Shown here in pieces: positions 56,201 through 64,000 of a stretch of 64,000 nucleotides of DNA. The notes beneath the pieces are model-generated. The model searched no databases. It was not told the DNA's origin and was given only the letters and a program-made list of their open reading frames with translations. The position numbers and the translations under genes were made by a program. Position 1 is the first letter of the stretch, and each line of letters starts with the position of its first letter. Location of the stretch: the NCBI GenBank assembly GCA_051362555.1, contig CM120640.1, forward strand, positions 19,406,001-19,470,000, in the 5' to 3' direction. The DNA comes from Lingula anatina. Lineage: Eukaryota; Animalia; Brachiopoda.

Positions 56201-57173
56201 TGCAAATAATAGTAGAGTGACTCTACTATTATTTGCAGAAAATAACGACTCAGTCAGAAATAGGCCAGTACAAAAAAAAAGGTTAATCCAGTCACTTTGA
56301 CCTGTTATAAGTATGTAAAACAAACTTACTTACTTAAAGACATGAAATATCCAAATGTGTGTTCAAGTGCCCACATAGCTTTAAATTTGAACCTTAAGCT
56401 GCTATGTATATACACTATTTATAATTTCAGAACACAAATATGTCACATTTTAAAGGAGATTGTGTGGTAAAAGATTCACTATTTGAATTTTGAAAATGTT
56501 CCAAAGTCATGTGTTCTATGTCTATCCTGCAAAGCTGTCATTCTTTTCCAATTCAAACCTTTAAAAGACACCTCAAATAAAAGTACATGTACAGTCTTCA
56601 AATGTGGTCCCTGTTACCACTTTTTCACAACTAGATTTAGAGTTCTTTAAAAATAAATCATATGACAATAGTTGTATTAATATGATACTACCCCTCAACA
56701 TGTCATTTAACTTTTTACACATTTCCGTATCTGTATGAAAAAGAATTGACGTTTTGGGAGGGGGGCGGGGGGCGGGGGGCGGGGGGGGGGGGGCTTGAGA
56801 GGCAACGCATGGCTGCTTGGTGCAAGTGAGGCAATATTTCTCAACATTGAAAAAAAAATGAAAGATTTCTTACTTAGATCTAAGTAGGAAAGAATTCATA
56901 ATCTAACTTCTATGCTGTAGATTATGATCACTACACAATGGCAAACATACAACTTCCCCAATGCTACTTCGACAAGACTTGGTCGTTAATGCAATGATGT
57001 TCATTGATTCAATCATTTCAATGCCAGCGGAAAAGGACAATATTGTGTTTAGGAGGGATGGAAGATAATGGCATAGGAACAAAATTTCTAACCTTTGCGT
57101 TGAACTGGGTAAGCACTTTAGAAACCTCTTCCTCTGACCCTTGCTCTAGTCGAATGAGTGAGTCTTCATCCAT
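28766..57173 (-). CDS. RIC8: Synembryn / Ric-8 G-alpha GEF and chaperone
   Basis: 14 exons: 57173-57093, 52337-52290, 51180-50955, 49260-49191, 45372-45297, 41741-41689, 34928-34748, 34495-34401, 34095-33912, 33628-33462, 32678-32596, 32174-32030, 31310-31191, 28892-28766. Motifs [97 protein letters not shown]. Confidence 0.96.
29019..29232. mobile_element. PIF/Harbinger-like MITE family A, copy 2
   Basis: TIRs gaccccattcccagag / ctatgggaatgcaccc with TTA target duplication. Confidence 0.85.
29279..30961 (+). mobile_element. Helentron/HINE-like non-autonomous element with 161-bp core repeats
   Basis: One end aacaaggcagcaaagctgtcaaatgtacagac; other end (GAC)n-like microsatellite plus hairpin tatgtacagacacatctgtgtctgtacata; subterminal inverted pair atgtacagac/gtctgtacat; internal 161-bp repeats (anchors 30601, 30762); A-rich insertion site with no clear TSD. 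Confidence 0.8.
36843..41226 (+). mobile_element. Compound Helentron/HINE-like insertion (two fused copies plus a short second HINE type)
   Basis: Same termini as 29279-30961; 161-bp arrays at ~38450-39330 and ~40510-41130; restart acaaggcagca at ~39346; a different short element at ~39375-39497 ending in hairpin acctccttggcagaggt; (GACGGC)n at ~41141-41177. Confidence 0.8.
50215..50282. repeat. (GT)n microsatellite
   Basis: Directly visible. Confidence 0.95.
51748..52007. mobile_element. PIF/Harbinger-like MITE family B, copy 2
   Basis: TIRs gggtcaattcccactgaa / ttcaatgggaatgaaccc, ~100-bp imperfect inverted arms, flanks gta/tta. Confidence 0.75.
53380..53610 (+). mobile_element. Degenerate CR1/L2-clade LINE ORF2 C-terminal fragment
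   Basis: [49 protein letters not shown] matches the post-RT SRLDYCN...RLQxxQNxAAR...HITP signature. Left boundary approximate. Confidence 0.85.
56192..56246. repeat. Perfect inverted repeat, 27-bp arms, 1-nt spacer
   Basis: gttattttctgcaaataatagtagagt-g-actctactattatttgcagaaaataac. Confidence 0.95.
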
Positions 57174-57853
57174 GTTAAATCGGCTTCTGCACACTATTCC
57201 AGCATCATTTGTAATGACAGCTTCTTCTCAAAGCACAATTGCCGATAGGCGTCGCTTTAGAGCGATTGGCATAAATATCAAAGAGAAGCCCCCAAAGAAA
57301 GAGAGAGAGAGAGACCTGAAATCTTATACAATAGGACAAATGATATAACATCATGAACTCATGGAGTTATTTACTGCGTATTTAAAATATGAATCTATGC
57401 ACTGTTTTAATTGTCGGGAACAGGTTTCGCCCTATTTCAAGCACAAATTTGGCGTGTCTTGCTAATGTCTAATAAATGCAATTGAACAATATGGAGACAT
57501 GAAGGTGTGCGGTTCGTTTTGTTCCTGTTTGGTGTTCGTTGTTTAAATTGGTAGACGTTTATTATTTTTTTTTTTCGAATGAACACTGTAGTACAAGCTG
57601 CTAATGTATTAGACTTCTTGGTGAACTTTTTATTAAAGAGGTTGTATATATGCAATACTGTGAAAGTCATTTTATTTAATTTCTCTTAGAGTCTAAGTTA
57701 GACTGACGATCTGATATTGTAAGAATCAATTTAAGTATTTATTTTTTTATTCGTCGATCCCGTGTACTTTCACGTTGATTACATAAATCATCTTACCATC
57801 TTTGTTTTCAGGATATATATACTTTTTATCGAATCCCAAAAAATTAATTGTGC
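57174..57853. promoter_or_regulatory. Bidirectional promoter region RIC8/FNBP4
   Basis: Divergent ATGs 680 bp apart, CpG-enriched, ATTGG at ~57265; probable FNBP4 5'UTR intron (donor ~57424, acceptor ~57811). Confidence 0.7.
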
Positions 57854-60800
57854 ATGGGAAGAAAAGACAATCGAGAAAGGATGAAGTCTGGCCCAAAAAG
57901 CAAAGGTATGGTATGGGTATATCAGTTATATCAGATACATCAGATGTATAACGTCCCAGGTATCATGAGTTCTCTTCCTTGCCTCAGTATATGACCTTAC
58001 TCTGTTCCATACTAGTTACATATCAGTACATATAGTTAACCGTAATTTACTCAAAGATGACATACTGCCAGAACGAGCCTATAGAGACATACATGCCTCT
58101 CTCTGAGTTACACCTTTTTTATGAAAGACAGTGGATGTATTTTATGCTGGTTTCTGTTGCAGGTGCTAACCCACTAAGTGGCCTGCTTGGGCAGTACATG
58201 GATTCTGATGAAGAAGATAACAGTGATGGCAGTGATTCAGAAGGTGCTTCATCTGGAAAAGGTAACTAATTCTTGTGACAAAATGAACATTCTTTCAGGA
58301 GTAGTAGTAGTAAATGTTTTAAATGGGGTTAAAAACATGGTAAGCATAAAACTTATCTCCCCTATAGCCCCAGATCATTTGACTGCATGAATTATTTTAA
58401 TCACTGTTATCAATCCTGAACTTGAGTTGCTGTTATTGCATTAAATGTGCACTTAAAAAGTTAGGTGAAGTAAAGCTTTGCATTTAATCAGCTCAAAGAC
58501 AAGGAATCTGCATGTCACAAAAGTAGGAGTATGAAATATTTGTAACATATTTTGTAAACGATTGTTTAATATAATTTACTATTTCAGCCTCCAATGGACA
58601 GGTCAAAGTTATAGACAGCGAAGTTGCTAATTTTTTTGCCGTAAGTATACATTAATTTTTACTACTGCTGTTTTCATCTGTGCATTGATCAAGGTACCAA
58701 GTTACATTTAGATATTCTCTATGCCATTCTGATTTCTTTCAACCATATAGGAAATTGATGCAATATCGCAACCGCCACCTCCACCACCTCCTGATGAAGA
58801 AGAGGAAGTTCCAAAACACCCCCAGGGGCCAAAACTAATGACATTTCACAAGGGTGGTGAACTTGATGAAAGTGTTCAGCAACAGCCACATGTAGAAGTG
58901 AAAAAAGAGGAAAATGTTCCATTTGTGTCAGGTAGTATGATGATAATAAATGATTACTTTATGGCTGGGAAGTTAGTCAAGATGTCTTTGAATTTTGTGT
59001 AAAATCTTGCAAAACAAGGATAAATTAGTTGATGCTTTGGGGAAATTGTTATTATTATTTATTTTACGGTACAATATTTATCATACAGTGTATTATCTCA
59101 CAGATAACTTAACTCTATATTTATGATGTTTTCTTGTGAGAGGTCTGCGCTCTCTTGATGCTTTTCTAGCTCTTGTTTGCTGTCAAAATCAGTGGACAGA
59201 TGATATTATTAAAATGTAAATTGCCTTTTTTGCCTTTTAAATGAAAATGGATTTCACAGATGGAGGAAAAGGGAAGAACTATTAATTTTGCATGAAAAGG
59301 CGAACCTTGAAACACACTGATACAGCAAAAGATTCAAATAAGATGATTTCAGTTTGCATAATTTGGACGAACACCAGCACATTTTACTGCACAAATGGGC
59401 ACCTGTATGTTATCTATAATGTTATATGTTGTTTGCAGAGGAACCCACAACACTATGGCAACATTGCTATGATGACAACACACAGCATTATTACTACTGG
59501 CATACTGTTACTAATGAAGTACAGTGGGAGATGCCAGCTGAATATGAACAATATCTGATACTACTGAAACAGCACCAAGAAGCCTTGATTTTTAGACAAG
59601 CCATGGGACTGGACAGTGCATTGGAGATAAAGCAAGAGATTGTACCGGGCATGGGAGGGGATAACAATCAGACGGAGAAAGGAGGCAGTAATCAAAGTGT
59701 GGGCAGTAAGCATGGCATGGTAGCCAATGAGCAGCATTTTCCAGGGCATAACAGTGCACAGGCAACAGACATGAAGAGAAGTGGAAAACCAGCACATGGG
59801 AAGTAAGTGCTTAACTAAGATGATTTATGTAGTAGAAAAGTTCATTTGATTGTAAAAATGAAACTTGACAAAGAGTGTACATTAATTTTCATCTTATACT
59901 TGCAATTGTATATGCATTAGTATGACAACATATTATTATCTTATCTTATAACCTATGTACATTCATGATTTATCATTTAGTAGTAATTTGTCAGTTTTAG
60001 CCTACAGTGTCTATGTCCTATCAGCTTTCATGGAAACATGTTATTTGAAATAAATTGTACTGTGATTTAATTTCATGTGTATCTTTTACTGACTATGCAC
60101 ACTTTTTAGTGGCTTGGATGGAGTTGAAATGGGGGAGAATGAAGAAGATGAAGAAGAAAAAATAGAATCTCTGGGTGAATACCCACCTCCAGGCGAAAGC
60201 CCACAATCTTCTGATGACCAATATCTGAAGTTCAAAGAGGAAATAGGTGAACTTGCAGGAGCAGTAGGGCCAGAAATGCCGTCAGAGGTAGATATTGTTG
60301 AAGGCCCTCAGTTACCAGACACTGGAGAGGTTAAGTTCCAGGGACCACAATCACCTGATCAAACTGAAACTGTATATGAAGGACCTCAGTTACCAGATCA
60401 AATGGGGGTTGTGTATGAAGGGCCACAGTTGCCTGATCAAATAGGGGTCGTATTTGAAGGGCCTCAGTTACCAAGTTATTATAAAAAAGATGTGTCAAGT
60501 AGTGGTAGTAATGGGGATGAAAATGAAGTCTCAAGTGCATTAACTGATGGGTTAAGAGATGATGGAATTCAGGATCAAAGTGCAAAAGAGGGACAACGTG
60601 ATGATAGTAGCAGTCAAGTTGAAGACCCTATGGAAACAGACCCAGAAGATTCTCATAAGTCTGTAGAAGCACCAGTTTTTACACATTTTGAGTTTTATAA
60701 TAAGAAGTATGAAGACAGCAGTGCTGTGGACTCTACTGAAGAGCATGATTTGCCATTGTTTCTTCATGGATTTCAGTCAACTGGTGTCACTGAACCCAGC

Positions 60801-63800
60801 TCTTCTCAAAAGTCGGTAGATATTGAAAATAGCGATGAGGATAGCATTGAAGAAGAACTTGAAAAAGCTTTGGAGAAGAAAAAGGCAAGTATCTCACTTA
60901 CCAGCAGTTGATATCTAAAGCATTTCATTTTAATGAAAGGGCCACATTAAAATGTGATTCATTCAAGGAACAGTACAAGCTAATTTAGTTTGTGTAACTT
61001 TGTAAGGTGTGTACATGCAGATATTTGCACTTTTTTTTTTCATTTGAAAATATTTACTGGGAAATACTTCATGATAAAAAGTTTTTTTGGAATGACGATA
61101 CTAGTGTAATTCAAATATTTCAATTGACTGATTTTCTTTCAAGGCTGAACTAAAATTGTTAGATGAGGGTGACCTCTCCAATAGTTCTACACAGAGCAGA
61201 AAGAGAGAAGCTGATGATGAAGTGGAAGATAGAACAGATTTCAAGAAAGTTAAAAAGCTCAAACCTTCAAAAGAAGAAGTTAGAGCAAAGGTAATGCAGT
61301 GCATAGTGAAAAATGCATGTGAAGACTGCTGTGATTTTAATCCTTTGTTCAGTAGGTTTAGATATTAACCATTTTGTATTTCTTTTAAGTGCAATTCTAT
61401 TATACTACCAGTGAACGTAATTTACTGTGCTTTAATTTACTTATCACTATCATAAAAATGAAATGAGTTTTTTGACATTACAACTGGGTATTTATAAATT
61501 TATCTTTAGGCTGAGATAGTGGAACTGACCAACCTGATCACCAGCAAACTGGACTTCTTGGACATCTCTACCAAAGGACTGTCAAAACTGCAGATATTGC
61601 TTGTACAGATTGAGGTTAGCCTATACCCAAGTGCTTACTTTTCATAAACAGAAATTTCTCCTGTTGTGTTACATAATCCAGTTATCCCATTTTTATAAGC
61701 TGTTAGTTAATGACCATTATTTAGGGGGTTGAACTCTCAAGACACAAGTATGTTTTCATTGATAACTTGCTTTCGCACATAGTACACTTAGAATAATATA
61801 TGAACCAAGTAACTGCATACCTTGTCTCTCTTCACCCCAAATGGGCCTATGAAATATTGCATAGGTGAGTTTCTAGACTAAATTTAGATAATATATATCC
61901 ATTTGTATATGTTTTGATATTTTTACCCAGACAAGGTTCCAAGATTGGCGCGATGGTGCCTTGGACACTCTGCACTTGCTAGAGAAACTCAAAGAGGCCG
62001 ACGTGCAACTCAAGCAGTTTGAGGAGAGTGCAGCGCCACAAGGCTGGACTTGTCACTGGGACAGGTATGGCCATTTTATCTCAGTTCTCCCTCTGTGTCC
62101 AGACCTCTGTATTGATGCTGTATTCCACAACATAGTCATTGGAAAGGGAACATTGCAGTGTAGGGTAGCATGGTTCTGTGATACCAGTCAGATTATGAGT
62201 AAAGACACTGACCCAAGTTGACATTCCAGTTAAAATTGACAGTATTGTCTACTGCTTGTTTCTGTGTCATGCACACTGCTTCTATATATGTTTATGTATA
62301 TGAACACGTGCAGTTTGCACAATGTCCTTTCCCTATGCTCCCATGCCTAGTTTCTCCATGTTTGAAGAACTTGGAAGAATTGAAGATAGAAGAACACAGA
62401 TGAAGCACAAGGTGGTGAGTAGTATCAAAGTGCAGGCTTGAGAAAAGCAGAGCATATGAAGTCTTATTTTATGTATTGTTTTAATCAGTGTTTTGCTTAG
62501 TGAATACCAACAACCGTTTTATATTAACATTTTGTAAAGAGAGTAAATAAAATAAAATTGCCAGTAATGTTTAATATCAATGTGATGAGGTAGATTGTGT
62601 TAATATGTTAAATGTGTTGCTTACCAGGTAGAAGTACTATACTTACAGCTCTAATATCAACGGACAGAGCTGATGCCTGCTTTCCTCAAGACTGTCTTTT
62701 TAAATTTCAATATTAATCTTCAAGGTGCCTACTTACAGGCACCTGAATATGTTTTTGTATTTAAATGCTTGTATCTTTATTTTATTTTTCAGACAAATTG
62801 CAGCTGTTTAATCACCCAAACAAATGAAAGCAGCAGAACTGAATCTGAGAGAGGTGATCCAGATGACAGTTCTCAGAAATGTGTCATTTTCTTTTCAGAA
62901 TATTTTCATTGAGCAGACTAGTTTCTTCTTTTTGTGTATACACACTCTGATCTGTCTTAATCTTCTACAGTGAAACTGGAAGAAATCTGGTGGTATGCAT
63001 ATTAAGATATAAAACTAGCTGCTCAAATTGAGAGCTTTAAATTATCCTGGAAACTCTTTTCTTTTTCATGTACATAATGTAGAACATACAGGCGCTACTT
63101 CTACATGAATGGCACTACTGGAGAATCTCAGTGGGAATACCCAGATGTCAGTAAAGATCAGAAGCCAGTGGAGACACCTAGTGAGCTACCTTCATCCACA
63201 GAAGTAGACGATAATGATACAGAAGAAGAGGAGAGTTTGCATCCTGAGAAATCTCAAGTTTTTGAAGTTTCATCTTCTTCTGTAAGTCTTCAATTTTTTA
63301 AAATGTTTTTTATATTTCATTTTTCCATGTACAAATTAAGAGAAATAGGCTCTTTTTTGAAAAGTTTTCTATATTTCATTTATTTTATATAAAAATTAAG
63401 AGAAATAAGCTATGGCAGGGTTAGTTTTTTCAAAAAAATAAATTGCCGAAATATGTGAATGCCTTTAGAATTTTAAAGTTGATTGTGTAATAGAAATTGG
63501 ATGTTATATTATTTCATGAGAAAAATTGGGTCAAGGTTACAGATTGTTTTACAAATCAATCAGTTTCTTTAAGTCTTCATGTATTTTGTCCAGGCTGAAC
63601 AAATTGATTCTGCACCTTATCCAGCTGGTGTTGGGAGTGCCTTGGCAAGTAAGTACACTGAAAATAATATTAAGCAAGGTAAATATATGAACATGTATGA
63701 CCAATTGATAGTTTAGAAATATATTTTTGTTTGAATCGTGATTTGAAATGAGATATCTTATTTGATATGAAGGATTTATCAAAGCATATTTTTCTATTAA

Positions 63801-64000
63801 TTGCAGGGCTTCGGGCAACATATGATGTTTCCCAAGTTGATGGGGATGAAGATAAGATGGATTCATCCACCAATCCAGAAGCGCTACCACCCCTTTCCTC
63901 CGGTACAGAAGATCCTAGCCCCCCATCTTTTTACACTTCTGCACCACCTCCACCACCCCCTGATCAATCAGATGCCCAACCACCACCCCCTCCTCCACCC
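57854..64000 (+). CDS. FNBP4: Formin-binding protein 4 (two WW domains), 3' end outside window
   Basis: Exons 57854-57905, 58163-58261, 58588-58640, 58751-58931, 59439-59802, 60110-60884, 61144-61290, 61510-61614, 61931-62064, 63083-63281, 63594-63648, 63807->64000. WW1 WQHCYDDNTQHYYYWHTVTNEVQWEMP; LEKKK|AELKLLDEGD; SKLDFLDI; TRFQDWRDGAL; WW2 APQGWTCHWDR|TYRRYFYMNGTTGESQWEYP; poly-Pro. Confidence 0.92.

Noticed and set aside
57004-57348. 114-aa + strand ORF
   Set aside because: Antisense shadow of RIC8 exon 1 and its promoter.
3589-64000. U12-type introns, selenocysteine recoding, tRNA or rRNA genes
   Set aside because: No RTATCCTT donors at modelled junctions, no in-frame TGA needed in any gene model, and no tRNA or rRNA sequence recognised by eye.

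Overview
AT-rich, CpG-depleted, intron-rich animal DNA. It is probably a lophotrochozoan such as a mollusc; this is inferred only from gene structure and repeat types. Six spliced protein-coding genes were assembled by hand. In order: the 3' end of an unidentified + strand gene; a secreted 4xFAS1 TGFBI/periostin-like gene (-); ethanolamine kinase (-); SDHAF2 (+); RIC8/synembryn (-); and the 5' part of FNBP4 (+). ETNK/SDHAF2 and RIC8/FNBP4 are head-to-head pairs. The introns carry Helentron/HINE-like elements with 161-bp core arrays, PIF/Harbinger-like MITEs, a palindromic CCC..GGG MITE and a LINE fragment. The most striking object is a 3.6-kb, 7-bp-TSD, 34-bp-TIR element in ETNK intron 1. It keeps remnants of two convergent genes, suggesting a P-like transposon whose transposase C-terminal domain is encoded as a separate gene; that family assignment rests on recalled motifs and needs a search. 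Most ORFs in the supplied track are single exons read into introns, antisense shadows or repeat artefacts.
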